Shown here: positions 16,918 to 26,573 of the stretch, in pieces
Position numbering within the stretch: the stretch's first letter is position 1
Layout: each line of letters opens with the position of its first letter
NCBI GenBank assembly: GCA_031370645.1
Contig: JANMQV010000129.1
Span: forward strand, 1 to 34,714
Direction of reading: 5' to 3'
Length of the DNA stretch: 34,714 nucleotides
Origin: Candidatus Eiseniibacteriota bacterium
GTDB lineage: Bacteria; Eisenbacteria; RBG-16-71-46; SZUA-252
The notes under the pieces: model-generated
The model's input: only the letters and a program-made list of their open reading frames with translations
Databases searched by the model: none
What the model was told of the DNA's origin: nothing
Position numbers and translations under genes: made by a program

Positions 16918-18438
16918 GTGCGCCTCGAACTCCGAACCGGTGAGGCTCGGGCGCCGCGAGGGAAGTACCTCCTAACGCTTCTCGCCGTCCTCGCGATACT
17001 TGGCGGCCCCGGCTCGGCGCGGGCAGAACGCCCGCGCGAGCCGGAAGGCGCCGCCTCCATCGGCGACCTCCGGTTTCACGCTCGCGCCATTCCATTCCGC
17101 CACGGCGACAAGGAAGCCCGGGCCGAGTTCTCCATTCGCGTTCCCTACCAGCAGTGCAAGTTCCTCCCCAAGGACTCCGTCCTCCAGGCCGATCTCCGCA
17201 TCACCGTCCAGCTTCGCTCGATGTCGGGCAAGGTGCTGGTCCAGAACCAGCAGACCGCCGTGCTTCAGGTGATGGATCAAGTCGTGGCGGGGGATTCGCT
17301 CCTGGGGGAGATCTACTCCGTGGGCCTGGCGTCGCCGCCGGGGCAGTACAAGTTCCGCGTCCTCGTGGAGGACATGAACGTGGCGCGTCGGGGACTGGTC
17401 TACGTCATGAAGAACCAGAAGAAGCAGGGTGAAGTGAACGGCGTCGTCGATCTCGGAAAGTGGCTCTTCGCGAAGCCGTCGCTCAGCGGAATCCTTCCCG
17501 CGTGGTCGATCACGCCGAGGACGGAGGAGAGTCGCTTCGGGAAAGGACCGTACGAGGTGCTCCCACAGCCGAGCGGCTTCTACGGTCTCTACCAGGACGT
17601 CTTCTCCGCCTACTACGAGATCTACGACTCGCCACCGCCTCCGCAGGGGAGGCGCTACCGGCTGACCTCGCGCATCGTCTCCGCCACCGGCGATACGATC
17701 TTCACCTCACACGACTCCCTCCGCGTGACGGAGGGGGAGGCGTGGCCGCACGCGCTGGCCGTCGATCTCACGGCGATCCCGGGCGGTCACTACGCGTTCT
17801 ACCTCGCTCTCGAGTCATCGGATCAGGGCTCCCGCCCGGCGTCGAGCGTCACCGAGTTCGACGTCCTCTGGAAAGCCGAATCGTGGACTCCCTACGCGAG
17901 CGACGGCTTCGAGGTCGCCGCGAAAGTGCTCCTCTCCGCCGAGGACGAAATCTCGTTTCGCCGGCTCCCGATGGGCACCAAGGAAGTGCGGATCCAGGAC
18001 CTCTGGAGATCGGTCGATCCCACGCCCGAGACGGCCGAGAATGAGACGTACGAGGAGTTCCTCCGCCGGGTGGAGCACGCGAATATCAGCTACACCGTCT
18101 TCGAACGCGGGATGTTCACGGATCGGGGGCGGGTCTATATCCGCTTCGGGGAGCCCGACGATATTCGAATCGAGCGGCTCCCCGTGAGCGACAGGACCCT
18201 CGGCTTCGCCATCAGCGGAGAGATTCCGAAGGAGGCCGAGAGCCAGATCTCGAAGCAAAGCCCCGGCATCGTCGATACGCGTCCCTATGAGATCTGGTCC
18301 TATCAACTCCGAGGGCGGGAATTGGCGGCCCGGCGGGGCTTGAGCGAGACGAACAACGCCCTTAAATTCGTCTTCGTGGACGAACAAGGGTACGGCGACT
18401 ACCTCCTCCGCTATTCCTCCACCTCCAGCATGCACTGA
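16918..18438 (+). CDS. GWxTD domain-containing periplasmic protein
   Basis: Signal peptide ending ARA-E. WRSVDPTPETAENE...EFLRRVEHAN...GMFTDRGRVYIRFGEPD, YEIWSY and FVFVDEQGYGDYLL match the GWxTD family pattern. Confidence 0.85.
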   Translation: MRLELRTGEARAPRGKYLLTLLAVLAILGGPGSARAERPREPEGAASIGDLRFHARAIPFRHGDKEARAEFSIRVPYQQCKFLPKDSVLQADLRITVQLRSMSGKVLVQNQQTAVLQVMDQVVAGDSLLGEIYSVGLASPPGQYKFRVLVEDMNVARRGLVYVMKNQKKQGEVNGVVDLGKWLFAKPSLSGILPAWSITPRTEESRFGKGPYEVLPQPSGFYGLYQDVFSAYYEIYDSPPPPQGRRYRLTSRIVSATGDTIFTSHDSLRVTEGEAWPHALAVDLTAIPGGHYAFYLALESSDQGSRPASSVTEFDVLWKAESWTPYASDGFEVAAKVLLSAEDEISFRRLPMGTKEVRIQDLWRSVDPTPETAENETYEEFLRRVEHANISYTVFERGMFTDRGRVYIRFGEPDDIRIERLPVSDRTLGFAISGEIPKEAESQISKQSPGIVDTRPYEIWSYQLRGRELAARRGLSETNNALKFVFVDEQGYGDYLLRYSSTSSMH

Positions 18439-18467
18439 GGGGTCCGCCCCCGATTCCTCGGTCCCTC

Positions 18468-18496
18468 TTGACTTCGGCCCTCCACGGGCCTAGAAT
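18468..18496 (+). promoter_or_regulatory. sigma70 promoter TTGACT-N17-TAGAAT of the glycolytic operon
   Basis: Near-consensus -35 (18468-18473) and -10 (18491-18496) with optimal 17-nt spacing, upstream of pfk. Confidence 0.75.
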
Positions 18497-18555
18497 CGGC
18501 CGCTCTAACTCCATCGGTGTAAACAACTTATGATTAGAGTGGAGGCGGCGTTTCG

Positions 18556-19593
18556 ATGCGCATCGGCGTCCTGACGGGGGGCGGAGATTGTCCGGGCTTA
18601 AACGCAGTCATCCGCGCGATCGTGAAGCGCGCGGTGAAGGCGCACGGCTGGGAAGTCGCCGGCATCCGACATGGCTGGCGCGGTCTCCTCATCGAGGAGA
18701 TTGATCCGCTCGGCCTCGATGATGTCGCCGGCATCCTCCCGCGAGGGGGGACGATCCTCGGAACCTCCCGCACGAATCCCTACAAGGATCCCCAGGGCGA
18801 GGCAAAGATTCGCGCCGCCATCTCGAAACACGGCATCGACGCGCTCATCGCGATCGGCGGGGAAGACACGCTCGGCGCCGCGAACAAACTGGCCAACGCG
18901 GGCCTTCCGGTGGTCGGAGTCCCGAAGACGATCGACAACGACGTGAACGGCACCGACTACACGTTCGGCTTCGACACGGCGCTCACCGTCGCAACGGAGG
19001 CGATCGATCGCCTCCATACGACCGCGGAGTCGCACGATCGCGTCATGATCGTCGAGGTCATGGGGCGGCACGCCGGGTGGATCGGGCTCGAATCCGGAAT
19101 CGCAGGCGGTGCAGACCTCATTTTGATTCCCGAATTCCCGGTCTCCATCCTCGAGATTTGCGACGTCGTGCGCCGCCGGCACGTGCAAGGGCGGAGTTTC
19201 AGCATCATCGTGGTCTCCGAAGGTGCCCAGGTCATGGATGAGAACGGAGCGTCGGTCTTCGTTCCCGGCGATAAGCGAGACGCATTCGGCCACGTCCGCC
19301 TCGGCGGCATCGCCCCGACCATCGCGGAGATGGTCGAGGCGGGGACTGGATTCGAGACGCGCTACACCGTGCTGGGACACATCCAGCGGGGCGGGTCGCC
19401 GACCGCCTTCGACCGCGTGCTCGGTTCGCGGTTCGGCGTGGCCGCGGTCGACTTGGTCGCGCGCGGCGGCTTCGGCAGGATGGTCGCCATCAAAGGAACG
19501 CAAATCGTGGACCTTCCCCTCGCCGAGGCGGTCGGCTCCATGAAGTTGGTCAGCCGGGAACTCTACGAGACGGCCCGGGTCTTCTTCAGCTAG
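18556..19593 (+). CDS. pfkA: 6-phosphofructokinase, mixed-substrate group III (possibly PPi-dependent)
   Basis: TGGGDCPGLN, GGTILGTSR, GGEDT, PKTIDND, EVMGRHAGW, LGHIQRGG. SD GGAGG at 18541-18545. Confidence 0.93.
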   Translation: MRIGVLTGGGDCPGLNAVIRAIVKRAVKAHGWEVAGIRHGWRGLLIEEIDPLGLDDVAGILPRGGTILGTSRTNPYKDPQGEAKIRAAISKHGIDALIAIGGEDTLGAANKLANAGLPVVGVPKTIDNDVNGTDYTFGFDTALTVATEAIDRLHTTAESHDRVMIVEVMGRHAGWIGLESGIAGGADLILIPEFPVSILEICDVVRRRHVQGRSFSIIVVSEGAQVMDENGASVFVPGDKRDAFGHVRLGGIAPTIAEMVEAGTGFETRYTVLGHIQRGGSPTAFDRVLGSRFGVAAVDLVARGGFGRMVAIKGTQIVDLPLAEAVGSMKLVSRELYETARVFFS

Positions 19594-20607
<1,014 letters not shown>

Positions 20608-20617
20608 GGAGCCGGCG

Positions 20618-21832
20618 ATGAGTCTCCGCACCCTCCGCACCCTCCGCTCCCTCGACGTCGCCGGTCGGCGCGTGTTCGTCCGCGTCGACTTCAATGTGCC
20701 GCTCGCGGCCGACGGCGCGGTCTCGGACGACACGCGGATCGTCGAAACGCTCCCGACGCTTCGCTACCTCATCGAAAAGAAGGCGCGTCTCATCGTCGCC
20801 TCCCATCTTGGCCGGCCGAAGGGGAAGCGGGATCCGAAACAGAGCCTGAAGCCGGTGCGCGAGCGCCTCGAAAAATTCCTCCGCATGCCGGTGGCGTTCG
20901 CCGAGAGCATCGTCGGGCCCGACGCGGAAGCCGCGGCCGCGGCGATTCCGGAAGGCGGAGTGCTCCTCCTCGAGAATCTCCGATTCGATCCGCGCGAGGA
21001 GGCGAACGATCCCGAATTCAGCGCCGCGCTGGCGAGACTCGCCGACGTCTACGTGAGCGATGCGTTCGGCGCCGCGCACCGAGCGCACGCCTCCACGGTC
21101 GGGATGACGTCGCACTTCTCCGAGCGCGCGGCGGGATTTCTCATGGAGAAGGAGCTCGGAGCGCTCGGACGGCTGCTCGGTTCCGCGCAGGCGCCCTTTG
21201 TCGCCATTCTCGGCGGCGCCAAGATCTCCGGCAAGATCGACGTCCTCCAGAACCTGCTCCCCCGCGTCGACCGATTGATCGTCGGTGGCGGGATGATGTT
21301 CACCTTCCTTCGCGCGAAGGGGATCGCCGTCGGGCGCTCGCTCGTGGAAGAGGATCGGATTGAGATGGCGCGCGCTCTCCTGGGTGGACCGCACGCATCG
21401 AAACTCCTCCTCCCGTCCGATTGCCGCGTCGCGGCCGACATCGGCGGATCGGACCCGGGACGGATCGTGGCCTCCGGAGCGATCCCGGACGATCTCGCCG
21501 GAGTCGACATCGGGCCCGACGCGATCGAGACGATCGGCGCCGTGCTCTCTGACGCGCGGACGGTCTTCTGGAACGGACCCATGGGCGTCTTCGAGGTGCC
21601 CGCCTACGCGGCGGGCACGGTGGGCGTGGCGAGGGAAGTGGCAAAGGCGACGAAGCGCGGCGCGTTCACGGTGGTGGGCGGCGGCGATTCGCTCGCCGCG
21701 GTGCATCAGGCCGGCGTCGAGTCGCAGATCACGCACTGTTCGACAGGCGGCGGCGCCTCGCTCGAGTTCCTCGAAGGGCGCATCCTCCCCGGCGTGACCG
21801 CGCTCGAGGGCGCGGCCACGGCGAAAGCGTAG
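20618..21832 (+). CDS. pgk: Phosphoglycerate kinase
   Basis: VRVDFNVP, SHLGRPKG, LLENLRF, DAFGAAHRAHAS, WNGPMGVFE, STGGGASLEFLEG. ATG 20618 follows GGGAG. Confidence 0.97.
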   Translation: MSLRTLRTLRSLDVAGRRVFVRVDFNVPLAADGAVSDDTRIVETLPTLRYLIEKKARLIVASHLGRPKGKRDPKQSLKPVRERLEKFLRMPVAFAESIVGPDAEAAAAAIPEGGVLLLENLRFDPREEANDPEFSAALARLADVYVSDAFGAAHRAHASTVGMTSHFSERAAGFLMEKELGALGRLLGSAQAPFVAILGGAKISGKIDVLQNLLPRVDRLIVGGGMMFTFLRAKGIAVGRSLVEEDRIEMARALLGGPHASKLLLPSDCRVAADIGGSDPGRIVASGAIPDDLAGVDIGPDAIETIGAVLSDARTVFWNGPMGVFEVPAYAAGTVGVAREVAKATKRGAFTVVGGGDSLAAVHQAGVESQITHCSTGGGASLEFLEGRILPGVTALEGAATAKA

Positions 21833-21842
21833 CGGAGACGAC

Positions 21843-22616
21843 ATGAAACGAGTGCTCGCCGGAAACTGGAAGATGAACCTCACCGTGGCCGAAGGGCTCG
21901 CGCTCTACGCCGCCGTGGCGGAGGGGGCGCGCCGGCATCCCGCGCTATCATTCCTCGTCTTTCCGCCATCCACGGCGATTCATCCGCTCGCCGCCGGGAG
22001 ACGCCCCGACGACCCGAAAATCGGCGGGCAGAACTGCCACGGTGAGTCGAAGGGCGCCTTCACGGGGGAATTGGCGGCGGAACAGGTTCGCGAAGCGGGC
22101 GCGGAATTTCTCCTCGTCGGCCATTCGGAGCGGCGGCGACTCTTCTGCGAGAGCGACGCGCAGTGCCGGCAGAAGCTCCTCGCGGCGTGGCGCGCGGGCC
22201 TCACGCCGCTCCTCTGCGTCGGAGAGACATTGGCCGAACGGGAGCGGCGAGAAACTCGCGACGTTCTCGCGCGTCAGATCCGCCGCGCGCTCGAGGGCGC
22301 TTCGCCGCGCGCGCCGCTCCTCGTGGCGTACGAGCCGGTGTGGGCGATCGGGACCGGCGTCGTCGCGACCGTGGAAGAAGTGGCGGAAGCGCACGGATGG
22401 GTCTTGGAAGAGCTGGCGGCCGCGGGCCGGACCGGCGGATCGGAGACCCCGGTCCTCTACGGCGGCAGCGTGGATCCGAAAAACGCAGGTCCGCTCGGGA
22501 AAATCGTCGAGGTGGGGGGATTCCTCGTCGGCGGAGCCTCCCTAAGGGCGGAGTCGTTCCTCACCATCGCCACAGCGTTGGAAGGGCAGCCCTCGTCGAG
22601 CGCCGCGCCGCATTGA
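21843..22616 (+). CDS. tpiA: Triosephosphate isomerase
   Basis: AGNWKMN, GAFTGE, GHSERR, AYEPVWAIGTG, YGGSV, LVGGASL. Confidence 0.97.
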   Translation: MKRVLAGNWKMNLTVAEGLALYAAVAEGARRHPALSFLVFPPSTAIHPLAAGRRPDDPKIGGQNCHGESKGAFTGELAAEQVREAGAEFLLVGHSERRRLFCESDAQCRQKLLAAWRAGLTPLLCVGETLAERERRETRDVLARQIRRALEGASPRAPLLVAYEPVWAIGTGVVATVEEVAEAHGWVLEELAAAGRTGGSETPVLYGGSVDPKNAGPLGKIVEVGGFLVGGASLRAESFLTIATALEGQPSSSAAPH

Positions 22617-22641
22617 CCCCCGAAACGACGCGTGGTAGGCT
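22613..22641 (+). promoter_or_regulatory. Putative secG promoter TTGACC-N17-TAGGCT with extended -10 TG
   Basis: -35 at 22613-22618 overlaps the tpiA TGA. TG at 22633-22634, -10 at 22636-22641. Confidence 0.6.
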
Positions 22642-22693
22642 TTTCCACTCGGGTGTGGCGTGTCGCCGCCCCACATAGGAGTACCATTCGACC

Positions 22694-23188
22694 ATGCCTG
22701 GATTTGTGATCGTTTTCTTCACGGTGCTTCACTTGGTCGCCTGCGCCGGGCTCATGATTTCCATCCTCCTCCAGTCGGGGAAGGGCGGCGGATTGGCGGG
22801 GGCGTTCGGCGGCGGTTCGAGCCAGACGCTATTCGGCGGCCGCGGTGCGGCTTCGTTCCTGAGCCGTGCCTCGACGATCCTTGCGGTCGTTTTCTTCGTC
22901 ACGTCGCTCACGCTTGGGCTTGCTGCCTCCCGTGGAGCCTCGGCTCGCACGAGCCTCATTCAGGAAGAAGCCAAGCGCCGGGCCACGCAGCAGCGCCCCG
23001 GCTCGGCGGGCCAGCAACCGGGGGCGCCCGTTTCGGGCCAGCCCGCCGGGCAGCCAGCCGGACGGGCCCCCACGGGTCAGTCCCCGACGGGTTCGCCTTC
23101 GGCCCCCATGACCACCGCGCCCGCGACGGGTGCGCCTACGACGACGACCGGCACGCCGGCGACTCCGCCCCCCTCGGGCGGGAAGTAA
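22694..23188 (+). CDS. secG: Preprotein translocase subunit SecG with long Pro/Thr/Gly-rich C-terminal tail
   Basis: Two TM helices flank LLQSGKGGGLAGAFGGGSSQTLFGGRGAASFLSR. SD AGGAG. Sits in the canonical tpiA-secG-tRNA-Leu context. Confidence 0.95.
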   Translation: MPGFVIVFFTVLHLVACAGLMISILLQSGKGGGLAGAFGGGSSQTLFGGRGAASFLSRASTILAVVFFVTSLTLGLAASRGASARTSLIQEEAKRRATQQRPGSAGQQPGAPVSGQPAGQPAGRAPTGQSPTGSPSAPMTTAPATGAPTTTTGTPATPPPSGGK

Positions 23189-23225
23189 TCCAATCGCCGA
23201 TCGAGCAGGGAAGCTGTGATGCTTT

Positions 23226-23308
<83 letters not shown>

Positions 23309-23314
23309 CACCGT

Positions 23315-23353
23315 GGGTCCCCTTCCCGCGAGGGGAGGGGACCCGATTTTATT
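23315..23353 (+). terminator. Intrinsic terminator after tRNA-Leu
   Basis: 13-bp stem GGGTCCCCTTCCC / GGGGAGGGGACCC with a GCGA tetraloop, followed by GATTTTATT. Confidence 0.8.
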
Positions 23354-23407
23354 CGTGAATTGTCGGCAGGATCGGCCGGCTCGACTGGAGCCGGCGACGT
23401 GCGGCGG

Positions 23408-23632
23408 CTAGGCGCCGGGGCGCGAGGCTTGCGGCTCCGGGATGATGCCGATCAAGCGAATGGAGAAGCGGTCCTCCGCGCGAATCTCGTTCTTCGCGCC
23501 GCAGTGCTGGCAGCGAAGGTAGGGGCGCCGGGGATCCTCCTTGAGATGGAAGATCTGATTCGGGCCGAACAGCTTGCCGCAGCGCATGCACTCCACCGCC
23601 GGGTTGCTGACCATCTGGGCGCTCTCCACCAT
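23408..23632 (-). CDS. Small (74 aa) zinc-ribbon protein
   Basis: GGAGG lies 7 nt before ATG 23632. Translation has CMRC and CQHC pairs followed by CGK/CGA turns. Confidence 0.7.
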   Translation of the reverse strand: MVESAQMVSNPAVECMRCGKLFGPNQIFHLKEDPRRPYLRCQHCGAKNEIRAEDRFSIRLIGIIPEPQASRPGA

Positions 23633-23757
23633 GAACGTTCCTCCATCGTCGGGTTTTCGGTCCACGGCCGCGCGCTCCGCGCGGCGGCTCGAACGCGGAC
23701 CATCGTAACGAAGCCGCCCCGCCACGTCCAGCGAACGGGCGCGCCCTTCTCGGCACG

Positions 23758-24576
23758 ATGAACTACGACCCGCGGCTCGCGGCCACCTATTGGAGCGGCG
23801 CCCGCCACGAGCGGGGAGACGAACTCGCCGCGGTCCTGAGTCTTGGCGAGCCGCCCGCGGTGAACCGCGCCTACGACGCGTGGGAGACGGGACTCCTCTT
23901 GGAATCGCTCGGTGGCGCTACGGTGTCGCGCGCGCTCGATTTGGGCGCGGGCGTCGGTCGCGTTTCGGAGCGGCTCGCGCCGCGGGTGGGACGACTCGCC
24001 TGCGCCGATCTCGCCCCGGGGATGCTCGAGCGACTTCGGACCCGGTTGCGAGCGTCGGGAATCCCCGACGGCGCGTACGACCGGCTCCGCCACCGCGCCG
24101 ATCTCCTTCCGTACCGCGACGCCTCGTTCGACCTCGTCGTCTGTCTCGGGTTGTTGGAGCATCTCCCCGCCGACGCGCGTTCGCGGGCGCTTCAGGAAGC
24201 GGCGCGCGTCATTCGCAGGGGTGGCGCGCTCGCGCTCGTCCTCAACAATGCCGAGAGCCGCTTTCTCGGGGATCCGAACGACAATCCCTATCGCGTCGGC
24301 GCGCAGCGGGAGAACGGCTACTTCTGCGCGGTGGTCGACGAGCGCGCGCTTCTTCACGAGGCGTCGACGTGGTTCGAGCCCGAGACGCTCGGGTCGAATG
24401 TGTTCTATTCGCTCCAGCGTCACGCGGCTCGGTTCCTTCCGGAAGAGGCCCGAAACTCCGGCGCGGTGGGCGCCTTCTTTGAGGCGTCTGCTCGGTGGGA
24501 CCGCTCGCTTCGTCCGCGCGGCGGGTTGGCGCGCCTCGCGGCCGACCACCATCTCTACCTCCTGAGGCGCCGGTGA
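23758..24576 (+). CDS. Class I SAM-dependent methyltransferase
   Basis: RALDLGAGVGR (motif I), CADLAPGML, LPYRDASFDLVVC, LLEHL, RVIRRGG. Confidence 0.88.
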   Translation: MNYDPRLAATYWSGARHERGDELAAVLSLGEPPAVNRAYDAWETGLLLESLGGATVSRALDLGAGVGRVSERLAPRVGRLACADLAPGMLERLRTRLRASGIPDGAYDRLRHRADLLPYRDASFDLVVCLGLLEHLPADARSRALQEAARVIRRGGALALVLNNAESRFLGDPNDNPYRVGAQRENGYFCAVVDERALLHEASTWFEPETLGSNVFYSLQRHAARFLPEEARNSGAVGAFFEASARWDRSLRPRGGLARLAADHHLYLLRRR

Positions 24577-25547
24577 ATCGCGCCCCGATCGTCGTCACGG
24601 GTGGAGCCGGGTACATCGGCTCGGTCCTCGTCCGCCGCCTTCTCTCCGCGGGGGAGCGCGTCCGCGTCGTCGACCGGATGCTTCACGGGTCGCACGGTCT
24701 GAGGGGGCTCGAACGCGAGGAGCATTTGGAAATCCATACGCGCGACCTTCGCGATCCGCGAACGCACGACGACGTCATGGAAGGGGCAGACACCGTCATC
24801 CATCTCTCGGCCATCGTCGGCGACAAAGCGTGTGCGCAGGACGAGGAGTTGGCCGTTCAAACGAACTGGACCGCTACCGTCGCGTTCGCCCGTCGCGCCG
24901 CGGCCATCGGCGTGAAGCGGTTCGTCTTCGCCTCCACCTGCAGTGTCTACGGGGAAGGGCGAAACGAACTCCTCACGGAGACCTCGCCCGTGCGTCCGCT
25001 CTCGCTCTACGCGGAGACGCGCCGGCACGCGGAGCTCGGAATCCTGGAACTCGTGGGAACCGAAACGTTCGAGCCCGTCATTCTCCGGTTCGGAACCGTC
25101 TACGGGCTATCGCCCCGAATGCGCTTCGACCTCGTCGTGAACCTCCTCACGCTTCGCGCCGTCCGAAACGGGGAGATCACGATCTTCGGCGGCTCGCAGT
25201 GGCGTCCCTTCGTGCACGTCGCCGACATCGCGCACGCCCTCGAACTCGCCATGAGCGAGCCGCTCCCGCCGGAGGGCGAGCCGATCTTGAACGTGGGCGA
25301 TAATCTCGAGAACTACCAGCTTCGCGACTTGAAGGAGGAGTACGAACGCGCCGTCCCCGGCGTCCGCGTAAGGATGGCGGAGGAGGCGATCGATCCACGC
25401 ACCTACCGCGTCTCATTCGACCGGATCGAGCGACTCTGGGGATTCCGCGCCTCGCGCCGGGTGCCTGACGGGATCGCGGAGATCGCGAACGCGATTCGTT
25501 CCGGCGCGCTCCCCGACCCCGATGATAAGCGCTACGTGAACGCGTGA
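24573..25547 (+). CDS. NAD-dependent epimerase/dehydratase (extended SDR)
   Basis: GTGA overlap with the methyltransferase stop. VTGGAGYIGS, VIHLSAIVGD, FASTCSVYG, LRFGTVYGLSPRMRFDLVVN, WRPFVHVAD. Confidence 0.9.
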   Translation: MNRAPIVVTGGAGYIGSVLVRRLLSAGERVRVVDRMLHGSHGLRGLEREEHLEIHTRDLRDPRTHDDVMEGADTVIHLSAIVGDKACAQDEELAVQTNWTATVAFARRAAAIGVKRFVFASTCSVYGEGRNELLTETSPVRPLSLYAETRRHAELGILELVGTETFEPVILRFGTVYGLSPRMRFDLVVNLLTLRAVRNGEITIFGGSQWRPFVHVADIAHALELAMSEPLPPEGEPILNVGDNLENYQLRDLKEEYERAVPGVRVRMAEEAIDPRTYRVSFDRIERLWGFRASRRVPDGIAEIANAIRSGALPDPDDKRYVNA

Positions 25548-25575
25548 CGGGCCTCCGGCGGGCCGGGGAAAGCCC

Positions 25576-25604
25576 TTGCCGGAGCGCGTGGGGTTCGATA
25601 GCGT
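25576..25604 (+). promoter_or_regulatory. Putative promoter TTGCCG-N17-TAGCGT for the transketolase genes
   Basis: TTG -35 and TAnnnT -10 at 17-nt spacing in the 123-nt intergenic gap. Confidence 0.4.
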
Positions 25605-25670
25605 AGAGGGTCGTTGTCCGGGTTCGCGGCGCCGGCCGCGGATGATGGCTCCCTAGGAGGATCGGTCCGA

Positions 25671-26573
25671 ATGCCGCGGCTGGAACTCTCCGTCGATCAA
25701 CTTCGGGAACGCGCGCTCCTCGTCCGGCGCGACATCGTCACGCTCTTGGCGCATTCGCAGAGCGGACACAGCGGCGGGCCTCTCTCGTCCGCCGACTTCG
25801 GGACGGTTCTCTTCTTTCACGAGATGAACCTGACGCCCGATCGCCCGACCGCTCTCGATCGCGATCTCTGGCACTTCTCGATCGGGCACGTGACGCCCGT
25901 CATCTATTCGCTGATGGCGGAGCGGGGTTATTACCCCCTCGCCGATCTCCTCCAGTTCCGCACCTACGCCGGTCACCTCCAGGGACATCCGAGCAAGCAC
26001 GATACGCCCGGCATCGACATCTCCGCCGGCTCGCTGGGTCAGGGGCTTTCGGTCTGCTGTGGCATGGCGCTCGGCGCGCGAATGGACGGCACCTCGCGCC
26101 GCGTCTACTGCGTCATGGGCGACGGCGAACAGCAGGAAGGGCAGATTTGGGAGGCATCGATGTTCGCCGCCCACTACAAACTCGACAACCTCTGCGCCGT
26201 GATCGACTACAACCGAAAGCAGATTGACGGCGACGTTCAGGACGTGATGGGAATCGCTCCGCTCGCCGACAAATGGCGCGCGTTCGGCTGGAATGTCATC
26301 GAGGCGGACGGGCACGACATCCCGAGCCTCCTTGAGGCATTCGTCCAGGCCCGCTCCGCCAAGGGACGCCCGAGCGTCATTCTGGCGCACACGGTCATGG
26401 GGAAGGGCGTCTCCTACATGGAAGACGATTACCGGTGGCACGGTGTGCCGCCCACGAAGGAGCAGGCCGATCAGGCGCTGCGAGAGCTCGGATCGAGCCT
26501 CGAGGCCTGGACCGAACGGCTTCGCGCGCACGCGACGTCGAGCGTGGCCCCTTCCACGAACGGGGTCCCATGA
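25671..26573 (+). CDS. Transketolase, N-terminal (ThDP-binding) subunit
   Basis: SGHSGGPLS, LQGHP, AGSLGQGLS, GDGEQQEGQIWEA, DYNRKQIDG, GKGVSYME..WHG. AGGAGG precedes ATG 25671. Confidence 0.93.
   Translation: MPRLELSVDQLRERALLVRRDIVTLLAHSQSGHSGGPLSSADFGTVLFFHEMNLTPDRPTALDRDLWHFSIGHVTPVIYSLMAERGYYPLADLLQFRTYAGHLQGHPSKHDTPGIDISAGSLGQGLSVCCGMALGARMDGTSRRVYCVMGDGEQQEGQIWEASMFAAHYKLDNLCAVIDYNRKQIDGDVQDVMGIAPLADKWRAFGWNVIEADGHDIPSLLEAFVQARSAKGRPSVILAHTVMGKGVSYMEDDYRWHGVPPTKEQADQALRELGSSLEAWTERLRAHATSSVAPSTNGVP

Noticed and set aside
18497-18520. Fluoride riboswitch-like GATGGAGTT on the minus strand
   Set aside because: Wrong orientation for pfk, and the rest of the motif is absent.
20624-20653. 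9-bp tandem repeat (CTCCGCACC x2, CTCCGCTCC) at the pgk start
   Set aside because: Short in-frame duplication encoding LRTLRTLRSL. No sign of function, and not CRISPR-like.
23758-24576. Methyltransferase as N-methyl-bacillithiol synthase (NmbA)
   Set aside because: It is coupled to the epimerase on the opposite strand from bshB1, and I see no sequence support beyond a generic class I fold.
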